Assembly: GCA_046758745.1 (NCBI GenBank)
Contig: JBHIAV010000048.1
Location: 1-21,335, forward strand
Direction: 5' to 3'
DNA: 21,335 nt
DNA from: Gemmatimonadota bacterium
GTDB taxonomy: Bacteria > Gemmatimonadota > Gemmatimonadetes > Palauibacterales > Palauibacteraceae
The notes under the pieces are model-generated. The model saw nothing but the letters and a program-made list of their open reading frames with translations, searched no databases and was not told the origin of the DNA. Made by a program: the position numbers and the translations under genes. Positions 7,847 through 16,917 of this stretch are shown here, piece after piece (position 1 is the first letter of the stretch; every line of letters starts with the position of its first letter).

Positions 7847-10606
7847 CTGTTCACGTATCGAGGCGTTTCGAGCCGGAGGGGGCTGCCGGGACCGCACGCG
7901 GTCCTCGCTGTCGTCGTGGTGGCCGCCGCGGCATGCGGGGGCGATGACGGGGGTGGCATGGGGCCGGAGAGCACGCCCGCGACGCTCGCGCGACTGTCGG
8001 CGGCCTCCGACAGCGTCCCGATCGGCCAGATCCTCGACCGTCCGCTCCGCGTCAGGGTCGAGAGCTCGGGCGGGAGCCCGGTCTCGGGGGTGCCGGTGCG
8101 CTTCAGCATCCTCTCCGGTCCCGGAAGCCTTGCGGCAGGCTCGGTGCAGAGCGCCGCGGACGGCACCGCGCAGACGACGTTCACCGGCGGCACGACCATC
8201 GGAACGGCTACTGTTCGAGCGGACATCCCCACGGAACCGCAGGTTGCCGCGATCGATTTCACCATGAAGACGACGGGTCCGGGAGCCGTCACCCTCTCCG
8301 CGGCAGGCGGAAACGGCCAGCAGGCCGAGGTCGGGAGCCAGCTCGCCCTGCCGTTCGTGGTTCGGGCCACCGCCACGCAGGGCGGCGCGCCCGTGGGTGG
8401 TGTTCGCATCGACTGGTCCGTTGCCCCCGGGAGCGGGCCGGGCGCTCGGCTGACGGCAAGCTTCGGCTTCACCGCCTCGGATGGCACGGCCCAGGTGCTC
8501 CTCACCCTGGGGAGCGAGGCCACGGAGTACCGGGTGCGGGCGACCTCCCCCGGACAGGCCGACACCGTGGAGTTCACGGCCACCGCGACGGCCGCGCCGG
8601 GCTCGACGGTGGTCCTCGACTCGGTGCGTCCGCTTCCGCTTCGACCGGGAGCGCAGGCGACCCTGTTCGGTACCGGCTTCGGCGCGCTTCCGGCCGAGAA
8701 CGAGGTCCGGGTCGAGGGAGAGCTGGCGTCCGTCGTCCTGGCCTCCGCAACCTCGGTCACCTTCGTGGCGCCCGGCTTCACGGGGCAGTGCCTCCCGGCC
8801 CGCACGGTCGGCGTGCGCGCGATCGTGGGCGGCGCGCAGAGCAACGGCCTGGTTGTGGACCTCGAGCCCTCCGGCAGCTCGCTCGCCCTGGCGCTCGGCG
8901 AGCGGCGGACGTTCACCGGTCCCTCCGCCGTCCGCTGCCTCCAGTTCGCCGCAGCCGGGTCCGCCCGGGAGTACCGGCTCGCCGTACAGAGCGCGAGCAC
9001 CGCGGCCACCGCCGTATCGCCGATGCGGCTGGTCGTACGTTCCGGTCCCGAGTCCGGCGCCGTGACAGTGGTGACGTTCCTGGCCACCGAGCACCGTCCC
9101 CTCTTCGCGCTCTCCGGGGCGGCCTTCGCATCGGAGGCGGAGGCTCGCCTGCGGGAGAGCGCCCGGGAGGCGCTCCGTTCCGCCGGCGCACGCCCCGCGC
9201 TCGACCGATCGTCGCGGGGACCCTTCCTCCTGTCGGCCGTCCCGCCCCAGGTGGGCGACGAGATCCCGGTCGCTCTCGCCGTGGACCAGAGCCTCGCCGT
9301 TTCCTGCACGGACACAGCGGCGCTCATCACCGGGGTGGTGCGGGCGGTGGGCGACCACTTCGCGATCCTGGAGGACAGGGACGCCCCGTCCGGCGGCTTC
9401 ACGGCGGCCGACTTCGCGCAGCTCCGGGACGAGTTCGATGACGTCGCCTTCGCGGTGGACAGCTTCTACTTCGGGGAGCCGTCCGACATCGACGGGAACC
9501 AGCGCGTGCTCGTCCTCTTCACTCCGGAGGTGAACCTCCTCACACCGCCCGGCTCCGGCACCTTCATCGGAGGCTTCTTCATCCCCACCGACCTCGCCGA
9601 CTCGGGCGACGCCGGAGGGGGAGGATTCGGCGGCGACGGGATCTGTCCGACGAGCAACGAGGCGGAGATCGTGTACCTCCTCGCGCCCGACCCGAACGGG
9701 CTGGCGGGCGACCCGGTGAGTCGCTCGGCGGCCATGGCGAACGCCCGCAGCGTGACGGCGCACGAGTTCCAGCACCTGCTGAGCGCGGAGCAGCGGATTT
9801 TCCGGCAGGGAGGCGGGTTCAGCGATCTTGAGGACGTGTGGCTGTCGGAGGCTCTCTCGCACCTGGCCGAGGAGGTCGCCGGCCTGCGGGCGGCCGGCCT
9901 GCAGGAGCGGAGCAACCTGGACGCGAACGCGGCCACCATGGATGTGGACGCGTTCAACGCGTTCCACCTCCCCAATTTCGCGCGGCTCCGCCAATACTTT
10001 CTGACTCCGAACGACATCCAGGCGCTCGCCCTGCAGGATCCGAGCGGCTTCGCCTCGCTCGAGATGCGTGGCTTCGCGTGGATCTTCACCCGTTGGCTCG
10101 GCGACCACTTCGGACCGGACCCGCCCGTCGGCCCGCTCGGAGGGAGCGGAGAGGCGGCGCTCTTCCGGGAGCTCTCCAGCGGAGGCCCGAGCCGGCTGCG
10201 GGGCGTCGCGAACATCCTTCGGGCCGTGGAGCAGGTTGGTGGAGGCCAGCGCTCGTGGGACGAGCTCCTCGGCCAGTTCGCGATCATGCCGGCCGTGGAC
10301 GACATCGGCGTGGCCGGAGTTCCGGTGACGAGCACGCTTCGCACGTGGGACCTGCGCGACCTCTTCCGCGGGCTGCACGAGAACTCGGGCACCGCGGCCT
10401 CGTTCCCAGAAGTGTATCCGCTCGCCGTGACCGAGCGAGGGCTCACATCGGCTGCGTTCGATTTCGACGTTCGGGCATCCACCGAGAAGTTCTTCACCCT
10501 GAGCGAGGTGAGCGGGCCGGCCTTCTCGCTCGAGCTGCTCAGCCCCGGCGGAACGGACCTACCCATCTCCGCCTCGCCCCAGGTGACCGTGGTCCGGACC
10601 CAGTGA
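7847..10606 (+). CDS. Large lipoprotein: Ig-like (Big_1-type) repeats, IPT/TIG domain and HExxH zinc metallopeptidase (M30/gluzincin-like)
   Basis: Lipobox-like AAAC-GGDD; repeats PVSGVPVRFS..ADGTAQ and PVGGVRIDWS..SDGTAQ; TLFGTGF..NEVRV (IPT); SDIDGNQRVLVLFT; AHEFQH (HEFQH at 9761-9775) followed by WLSEALSHLAE. The start is uncertain: CTG 7847 proposed, GTG 7916 in the ORF track. Confidence 0.82.
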   Translation: MFTYRGVSSRRGLPGPHAVLAVVVVAAAACGGDDGGGMGPESTPATLARLSAASDSVPIGQILDRPLRVRVESSGGSPVSGVPVRFSILSGPGSLAAGSVQSAADGTAQTTFTGGTTIGTATVRADIPTEPQVAAIDFTMKTTGPGAVTLSAAGGNGQQAEVGSQLALPFVVRATATQGGAPVGGVRIDWSVAPGSGPGARLTASFGFTASDGTAQVLLTLGSEATEYRVRATSPGQADTVEFTATATAAPGSTVVLDSVRPLPLRPGAQATLFGTGFGALPAENEVRVEGELASVVLASATSVTFVAPGFTGQCLPARTVGVRAIVGGAQSNGLVVDLEPSGSSLALALGERRTFTGPSAVRCLQFAAAGSAREYRLAVQSASTAATAVSPMRLVVRSGPESGAVTVVTFLATEHRPLFALSGAAFASEAEARLRESAREALRSAGARPALDRSSRGPFLLSAVPPQVGDEIPVALAVDQSLAVSCTDTAALITGVVRAVGDHFAILEDRDAPSGGFTAADFAQLRDEFDDVAFAVDSFYFGEPSDIDGNQRVLVLFTPEVNLLTPPGSGTFIGGFFIPTDLADSGDAGGGGFGGDGICPTSNEAEIVYLLAPDPNGLAGDPVSRSAAMANARSVTAHEFQHLLSAEQRIFRQGGGFSDLEDVWLSEALSHLAEEVAGLRAAGLQERSNLDANAATMDVDAFNAFHLPNFARLRQYFLTPNDIQALALQDPSGFASLEMRGFAWIFTRWLGDHFGPDPPVGPLGGSGEAALFRELSSGGPSRLRGVANILRAVEQVGGGQRSWDELLGQFAIMPAVDDIGVAGVPVTSTLRTWDLRDLFRGLHENSGTAASFPEVYPLAVTERGLTSAAFDFDVRASTEKFFTLSEVSGPAFSLELLSPGGTDLPISASPQVTVVRTQ

Positions 10607-10638
10607 GAACCGTGATGGACCGATGCCGGGAGGCTACG

Positions 10639-11139
10639 ATGGATCGATTGGCGATCGTTGCCCTGCTCGCGGCCGCGACCTTGGCCGCGGCGTGCGCCCG
10701 GACCGCCCGGGTGGAATCGGGCCCGTCCGTGGGTGAGCAGGAGGTGGTGGGCATCGTACGCCAGATCGGGAGCACCCCCTTCCCCCGCACCGTGATCGAA
10801 GGGGAGGAGACGGTGACGGTGACGGGGGAGTACGAGGCCGAGCTTACGAGGCTGGTGGGTGCGCGGGTGCGAGCGGCGGGAGAGTTCACGACCGGCCCGA
10901 TGCCGGGTCGCTACCTGAGCGTAGAGTCCTACGAGCTGCTCGACGTGGACGGGGTGGAGCCCGAGATGGGCATCCTGCGCCACGACGAGCGGGGGTATCG
11001 ACTGGAGCGGGCCGACGGGGAGTCGCTTCCCCTCGCGGCGGTGTCGGAGGGGCTCGCCAAAGCCGTCGGCGGCAAGGTGTGGGTCGTCCTGGGAGAGGGT
11101 GGCGTCGTCGAGCGCTACGGGATCATCGTCGATCCGTAG
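10639..11139 (+). CDS. Small hypothetical lipoprotein (166 aa)
   Basis: RBS GGGAGG before ATG 10639; signal MDRLAIVALLAAATLAAAC with lipobox; two short beta-rich repeats. Confidence 0.8.
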   Translation: MDRLAIVALLAAATLAAACARTARVESGPSVGEQEVVGIVRQIGSTPFPRTVIEGEETVTVTGEYEAELTRLVGARVRAAGEFTTGPMPGRYLSVESYELLDVDGVEPEMGILRHDERGYRLERADGESLPLAAVSEGLAKAVGGKVWVVLGEGGVVERYGIIVDP

Positions 11140-11309
11140 CCTCGGCCGGCGGCCGACGACCGGGGATCCCCACCCCGTCGTCTGGACCCGGTACTCTCCT
11201 CCGGCTAGCTTGCGCCCCGGCGCCGAGCCCGCGAGCGCGCCCGTTGCGTGCGCCCGGCCGGCGCTTCGCCTTCACCGATCAGCGGACTCGAGTCATCGAC
11301 GGGTATGCG

Positions 11310-13247
11310 ATGAGCGACACCATCTCGATCACCCTCCCCGACGGTTCCGCGAAACGGCTCCCCGCGGGTTCGAGCGCCGCCGACTTGGCGGAGGAGATCG
11401 GCCCGGGTCTGGGGAAGGCCGCCGTGGCCGCCAAGGTGGACGGGGAGCTGTGCGACCTCGCGCGCCCCCTTCCGGACGGAGCGGCCGTGTCGATCGTGAC
11501 CCGAAGCGACGACGATCCCGACGCGCTGTACGCCCTCCGGCACTCGGCCGCCCACGTGCTGGCCACCGCCGTGCGCGAGCTCTTCCCGGCTGCGGGAATC
11601 GGCTTCGGTCCTCCGATCGAGGACGGTTTCTACTACGACTTCGACGTGGCGCGGCCGTTCACTCCCGAGGACCTGGAGCGGATCGAAGCGAAGATGCGGG
11701 AGGTCGTGGCGGCCGCCCATCCCTTCGAGCGACGCGAGGTGGAGCGGGCCGAGGCGGAGGCCCTCTTCGCGGACGATCCTCTCAAGCTCGAGCGACTGGC
11801 GGAGATCCCGGAGGGGGAGACGATCTCCGTCTACCGGGATGGTCCCTTCCTCGATCTGTGCCGCGGCCCCCACGTGCCCGCCACGGACGAGGTGAAGCAC
11901 TTCAAGCTGCTGTCGGCCGCCGGGGCGTACTGGCGGGGAGACGAGCGCCGCCAGATGCTACAGCGCATCTACGGCACGGCGTTCTACGACGCGAAGTCGC
12001 TGGAGACGCACCTCGAGCGGTTGGAGGAGGCGAGGAAGCGGGACCACCGCCGGCTCGGGCAGGAGCTCGACCTGTTCAGCATCCAGGAGGACATCGGGCC
12101 TGGGCTCATCTGCTGGCACCCGAAGGGCGCGCGCGTTCAGCTCGAGCTCCGCCGGTGGATCGAGGAGCTGCTCGACCGGCAGGGATATGACTTCGTGTAC
12201 ACGCCGCACGTCACGAGCGAGGCCCTCTTCGAGCGCTCGGGCCATCTCCAGGTGTACGCCGAGAACATGTACCCGAGCATGCGGGGCGAGGGTGGGGGCG
12301 AGGCGTACCGCGTCAAGCCGATGAACTGTCCCGGCCACACCCTGATCTATGCCTCGCGCCAGCGGAGCTACCGCGACCTCCCGCTGCGGCTGTCGGAGAT
12401 CGCGAACGTGTACCGCCACGAGCGCTCCGGGACGCTGCACGGCCTGCTGCGCGTCCGCATGCTGACCATGGACGACGGCCACCTATACTGCACCCCGGAT
12501 CAGGTCGAGGACGAGATCTTCACCTGCCTGGATTTGGCGGAGAGGGTGATGACCACCCTCGGCCTCGCGTATCGATTCGATTTCGCCACCCGGCCGCCCA
12601 AGCGCATCGGCGCGGACGAGGTTTGGGACCGTGCCGAGGCCGCCCTCCGACAGGCCCTGGATCGCGCGGGCACGGAGTACGGCATCGACGAGGGAGGGGG
12701 AGCGTTCTACGGACCGAAGATCGATATCAAGTTCGAGGACGCGATCGGCCGCGAGTGGCAAGGGGCGACGATCCAGCTCGACTTCAACCTGCCGGAGCGC
12801 TTCGACCTCGAATACATTGGACCGGATAACAAGCCGCACCGACCGGTCATGATCCACCGGGCGATCTTCGGGACCATGGAGCGCTTCATCGGCGTGCTGA
12901 TCGAGCACTTCGCCGGGGCGTTCCCCGTGTGGCTCGCTCCGGAGCAGGTGCGGGTTCTGCCGATTACCGAAGCACACAACGACGGCGCGACGGCCGTGGT
13001 CGCGGCCCTTCGCGAGGCGGAGATACGGGCCAGCCTCGATGCGCGTTCCGATACGGTGAGCTATCGGGTGCGAGATGGCGAGCTGCAGAAGGTTCCTTAC
13101 CTCCTCGTGGTCGGGGACCGAGAGATCGAGGCAGGTACGGTGGCCGTTCGGGCGCGCGGGGCGAAGGAGAAGCAGGTGGTGGTGCCGGTGGCGCAGTTCG
13201 TCGATCGGATCACGCGCGAGGTGCGCGAGCGCGTGCTCGGGCCGTAG
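11310..13247 (+). CDS. thrS: Threonine--tRNA ligase (645 aa)
   Basis: TGS domain ITLPDGS; editing motifs RHSAAH and DLCRGPH; GAYWRGD, RDHRRLG, KPMNCPGH, FYGPKID, IQLDF and MIHRAIFG; C-terminal anticodon-binding domain. Confidence 0.98.
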   Translation: MSDTISITLPDGSAKRLPAGSSAADLAEEIGPGLGKAAVAAKVDGELCDLARPLPDGAAVSIVTRSDDDPDALYALRHSAAHVLATAVRELFPAAGIGFGPPIEDGFYYDFDVARPFTPEDLERIEAKMREVVAAAHPFERREVERAEAEALFADDPLKLERLAEIPEGETISVYRDGPFLDLCRGPHVPATDEVKHFKLLSAAGAYWRGDERRQMLQRIYGTAFYDAKSLETHLERLEEARKRDHRRLGQELDLFSIQEDIGPGLICWHPKGARVQLELRRWIEELLDRQGYDFVYTPHVTSEALFERSGHLQVYAENMYPSMRGEGGGEAYRVKPMNCPGHTLIYASRQRSYRDLPLRLSEIANVYRHERSGTLHGLLRVRMLTMDDGHLYCTPDQVEDEIFTCLDLAERVMTTLGLAYRFDFATRPPKRIGADEVWDRAEAALRQALDRAGTEYGIDEGGGAFYGPKIDIKFEDAIGREWQGATIQLDFNLPERFDLEYIGPDNKPHRPVMIHRAIFGTMERFIGVLIEHFAGAFPVWLAPEQVRVLPITEAHNDGATAVVAALREAEIRASLDARSDTVSYRVRDGELQKVPYLLVVGDREIEAGTVAVRARGAKEKQVVVPVAQFVDRITREVRERVLGP

Positions 13248-13473
13248 AGACCGCACGGTCGCCGGATCGACGGCCATCGACACATCGGGATCCGAGCGGG
13301 GTCTCCTCGGGCGGCAGTCGGCGGGCGGACCCGGCCGGCCCGGGTGCCAAGGCGGCGCGATCTCCAAGGGGGCTGCCGTTGCGCCACGGCCTAATTTGAG
13401 GGATATTGATAGGCTATGGAATTTTGAGCACCGAACGATCGCCGCTCGCACCCTCTCTACCAGAAAGGCGGAA

Positions 13474-14592
13474 ATGTCCGGCTACGCGATCCTTTCGAGC
13501 CCGTGGTGGGTCCCGATCCTCTATGTCGTTCTCCTCGGGCACGTCACGAACCTGTGCGTCACGCTCTACCTCCACCGCTCGGCCACCCACGGAGGGGTGA
13601 AGTTTCATCCGGTGGTCGAGCACTTCATGCGCTTCTGGCTCTGGCTCACCACGGCGCAGGAGACGCGCGAGTGGGTGGCGGTGCACCGCAAGCACCACGC
13701 GTTCCCCGACCGCGAGGGCGACCCGCATTCTCCGGTGCTGGAGGGATTCTGGCGCATCGCGCTGGGGCAGGTTTGGTTCTACCGGAAAGCGGCGCAGGAC
13801 CCCGAAGTGCTCGAGAAGTACGGAACGGGCTGTCCCGACGACTGGCTCGAGCGCAACGTGTACTCCCGCCACACCACGGCCGGCGTGCTGCTCATGGTTC
13901 TCATCGACGTGTACCTCTTCGGGGCCCTGATCGGGCTCATCCTGTGGTCGGTGATGGCCGTGTGGGTTCCGATCTTCGGCGGCGTGATCAACGGTGTGGG
14001 CCACGCTCTCGGCTATCGCAACTTCGATACGAGGGACAAGAGCCGGAACATCTATCCCTGGGGCATCTGGATCGTGGGGGAGGAGCTTCACAACAACCAC
14101 CACGCCGACCCTCGCTCGGCGAAGTTTCGCGCCCACTGGTGGGAGGTCGACATCGGCTGGTTGTACATTCGCGTGCTTTCCATACTGCGGCTCGCCCGGG
14201 TGTTCTACGCGCGAACCATGTCCGCCAAGGAGTTCGCGGCGAGGTATTACGAGAGGACGGTGGGCCGACCCGTCTCAGCCGGGATCGACCGGGCAGCGGC
14301 CGGCATCGAGCGCGCCCGGGCGCAGGCCCGCGCGGGTATCGACCGAGTGCGCTCGGAGGCGTGGGCCGAGCTGGAACAGGCCCTGGAGATGTGGGATCAC
14401 GCCCGCGAGCGGCTCGATGGGGCCATGGAAGCGGCTTGGAGCGGCCTGAAGAACGGGGCGCAGGAGGAGCTCGCCGAGGCTCGGGAGCGCCTCGAGCGAG
14501 CGCTGGAACAGGCGAGGGCCGCTCTGGAGGAGGCCAGGATCACCATCGAGCGAGCGGCCGCCCCCGAGCTGGAGGGGGCCGACGGCGCCTGA
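13474..14592 (+). CDS. Delta-9-type acyl-CoA/fatty acid desaturase with about 105 aa helical C-terminal extension
   Basis: His boxes HRSATH, HRKHH and GEELHNNHH; GDPHSP, INGVGH and WEVDIGW motifs; RBS AGAAAGG. Confidence 0.92.
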   Translation: MSGYAILSSPWWVPILYVVLLGHVTNLCVTLYLHRSATHGGVKFHPVVEHFMRFWLWLTTAQETREWVAVHRKHHAFPDREGDPHSPVLEGFWRIALGQVWFYRKAAQDPEVLEKYGTGCPDDWLERNVYSRHTTAGVLLMVLIDVYLFGALIGLILWSVMAVWVPIFGGVINGVGHALGYRNFDTRDKSRNIYPWGIWIVGEELHNNHHADPRSAKFRAHWWEVDIGWLYIRVLSILRLARVFYARTMSAKEFAARYYERTVGRPVSAGIDRAAAGIERARAQARAGIDRVRSEAWAELEQALEMWDHARERLDGAMEAAWSGLKNGAQEELAEARERLERALEQARAALEEARITIERAAAPELEGADGA

Positions 14593-14599
14593 AGGCCGC

Positions 14600-15133
14600 T
14601 CACCCGTAAATCTCTCCCCGCAGCACCGTGACCGCCTGACCTCCGAGGAGCACCCGGTCACCGCGGGGCCGCACGCGCACGATCCCACCGCGCGCCGAAG
14701 CCTGGTAGGCCAGCAGCTCCGCAACCCCGAGCCGCACGCTCCAGTACGGACCGAGGGCGCAGTGAGCCGATCCGGTCACCGGGTCCTCGTCGATCCCACA
14801 TGAGGGGGCGAAGTATGCCGAGATGACGAAACGGGCATACAGCGTGGAGCGGCCCGGCTTGCGGAAGCGGATGGATGCTGCCTTGTCCCACACCACGTAC
14901 CGGGGCCCGAGCCTCTTTATGAGCATGATCATGAAGAACGGATCCACAGCGGCGTACATGCTTCCGCCGAAGATTGTGCCGACATAGTTGCGTGTCCGCC
15001 AGCTCAGCGGGAGCCGAACGCGAACCTCCAAGTAGTCCCACGCGATGTACGTGATCCACGCGCCGGTGCCGCGGAACGCCGGGAAGAAGTTGAACGCCCA
15101 GCGCATGAGCCGGGCCCTCAGGGACTCCGCCAT
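14600..15133 (-). CDS. In-frame chimera: truncated DUF4442/PaaI-like hotdog domain fused to the C-terminal part of a PhzF-family isomerase (possibly a pseudogene)
   Basis: About 105 aa with NFFPAFRGTG, RNYVGTIFGGSMYAAVDPF and VWDKAASIRFRKPG, then about 72 aa with YFAP.GIDEDPVTGSAHCALGPYW, YQASARGG and RVLLGGQAVTV. Confidence 0.8.
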   Translation of the reverse strand: MAESLRARLMRWAFNFFPAFRGTGAWITYIAWDYLEVRVRLPLSWRTRNYVGTIFGGSMYAAVDPFFMIMLIKRLGPRYVVWDKAASIRFRKPGRSTLYARFVISAYFAPSCGIDEDPVTGSAHCALGPYWSVRLGVAELLAYQASARGGIVRVRPRGDRVLLGGQAVTVLRGEIYG

Positions 15134-15231
15134 GGCCGGGGAATCTGGCCGATCCCTGGCCACGGGGATACTGTGACGGCTCGCACGAGCGTCCACGCGG
15201 GTTTCCACGGGACCCGCGGCCCGTCCGACCG

Positions 15232-16251
15232 ATGAACCGATCTCCGGTGAAGAGAGATCCCTCCAGGCGCGACTTCCTGGCCACCATCGCCGCCGGCGCG
15301 GCGTGGGCGGCGTTGCCGGCGAAAACAGAGGACGATGTGCCGAGGACAAGCGCCCGAGCGCTCTTCGCCGCCTCGCCCGCCCACGAGGATGAGCTGCTCG
15401 CCATCGTGCTCGGCTCGGTGCAGGATGGAGGACTACCGCAGGCGGGTTGCTACACCCGACGGTGCGAGAGAGCGCGGAACGATCCACGCTACGTGGCGTC
15501 CCTCGCCCTCGTTGAGCCACCGGCCGGGCGCTTCTACTTGGTCGACGCCACCCCGGACCTCACCCGGCAGATGGATCTCATCCCGGGAGTCGACTTCCGC
15601 GAGCGCGCGGCCGCGCGTCGGCCGTTCGACGGGATCTTTCTCACGCACGCGCACATCGGGCACTATCTGGGCCTGGCCTTGCTCGGCCGAGAGGGGCTCG
15701 GCATCACACGAACGCCCTGTTACGTGACGGAGCGGATGGCGGGTTTCCTGAGAAACAACGCCCCGTGGCGCCTGCTGGTCGAGGAGGAGCGGCTGCTGCT
15801 GCGGCCCCTCGTCCCCCAGCGGTGGCACCGGATCGACGACTCGCTATCCGCCCGCCTCCTTCGGGTTCCGCACCGGGAAGAGTTCTCGGACACGGTGGCG
15901 TTCGTCTTTCGGGGCCCGTCTCGTTCGCTTCTGTACCTTCCCGACATCGACGGCTGGGACGAGTGGGAGCACTCGATCGAGGCGGTCGCCGAGGAGTTGG
16001 AGGTGGCCATGCTCGACGGAACGTTCTACTCGCGGGCGGAGGTTTCAGGACGGAGTCAGGAGGAGATCCCGCACCCCCTGATCCCCGAGACGATGGACCG
16101 GCTCCAGAGTCTGACCCGGGCGGGCCGCCGCGTGGTATTCACACACCTCAACAACACCAACGCCGCGCTCGACGCGGAGAGCCCGGAAGCGGCCGAGGTG
16201 CGTCGTCGCGGGTTCGAGGTGGCTCGCGAGGGGATGTCGTTCTCGCTGTAG
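15232..16251 (+). CDS. PqqB-like metallo-beta-lactamase-fold hydrolase with Tat signal
   Basis: SRRDFL twin-arginine motif; LGSVQDGGLPQAGC, DATPD, LTHAHIGHY, VPHREE.SDT, YLPDID, LDGTF and FTHLNNTN motifs. Confidence 0.87.
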   Translation: MNRSPVKRDPSRRDFLATIAAGAAWAALPAKTEDDVPRTSARALFAASPAHEDELLAIVLGSVQDGGLPQAGCYTRRCERARNDPRYVASLALVEPPAGRFYLVDATPDLTRQMDLIPGVDFRERAAARRPFDGIFLTHAHIGHYLGLALLGREGLGITRTPCYVTERMAGFLRNNAPWRLLVEEERLLLRPLVPQRWHRIDDSLSARLLRVPHREEFSDTVAFVFRGPSRSLLYLPDIDGWDEWEHSIEAVAEELEVAMLDGTFYSRAEVSGRSQEEIPHPLIPETMDRLQSLTRAGRRVVFTHLNNTNAALDAESPEAAEVRRRGFEVAREGMSFSL

Positions 16252-16414
16252 CTGCGGGCGTGTGGTACGAGTGCCGGCGTGTTGTCGTGACTGCGCCTGA
16301 CCATCGGGCCCTCCGCCTGGATAGGATCGCGGGTGAGACCTGCCGTACCGCGCACGGGTGCGCAGGGCTAGGGGCCCCGCGCCTGGACATCCCCGAACGG
16401 AGAGGAACCTGATC

Positions 16415-16909
16415 GTGACAAGGGCTCGCCCGGCCCCCGGCCCCACGCTCATGCGAGCATGGCGCCGGCTCGCCCCGCTCCCGGCGGGGCGGTGGCTGTT
16501 CAGCCGCCTCCTAGCCCGGATGGTGCCCTATACGGGAACGATCGGCGCGCAGGTGATCGACCTACGGCCGGGGTACGCGAGAGTGGAGCTTCGGGACCGA
16601 CGGCGGGTGCGAAACCACCTCGGGTCGATCCACGCCGTCGCTCTCCTCAACCTGGGAGAGGTGACGACCGGGCTCGCCATGCTCACCGGCCTTCCGCCCG
16701 GAATGCGGGGGATCGTGACGGAGCTCTCGGCGGAGTATCTGAAGAAGGCGCGCGGGAATCTGGTGGCGGAGTGCCAGAGCTCGCTTCCCGGAGTGATCGA
16801 ACCCGGCGGGTATGGCGCCGAAGCGGAGATCCGCGATGCAGCGGGCGACCTGGTGGCGCGCGTGAGGGCGAGGTGGCGGCTCGATCCGGCCGAAAGCCGC
16901 CTCCGCTGA
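16415..16909 (+). CDS. Hotdog-fold / DUF4442 thioesterase-like protein
   Basis: [25 protein letters not shown] and EYLKKARG motifs; GTG 16415 follows GGAGAGGA (ATG 16451 is an alternative). Confidence 0.85.
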   Translation: MTRARPAPGPTLMRAWRRLAPLPAGRWLFSRLLARMVPYTGTIGAQVIDLRPGYARVELRDRRRVRNHLGSIHAVALLNLGEVTTGLAMLTGLPPGMRGIVTELSAEYLKKARGNLVAECQSSLPGVIEPGGYGAEAEIRDAAGDLVARVRARWRLDPAESRLR

Positions 16910-16917
16910 CCGCTGCT

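Noticed and set aside
7727..10378. 883-aa antisense ORF and other long overlapping ORFs (5632-7224, 6128-7693, 7750-9402, 9466-10983, 16528-18075)
   Set aside because: These are shadow ORFs of GC-rich genes: R/P/G/A-rich, with no motifs, and overlapping well-supported CDSs.
11079..11309. Extended N-termini in the ORF track (thrS from 11079; likewise 119, 9838, 13075, 15520, 16459, 18894, 20884)
   Set aside because: The extensions are low-complexity and overlap neighbouring genes or attC sites; downstream starts fit the family N-termini and, in several cases, an RBS.
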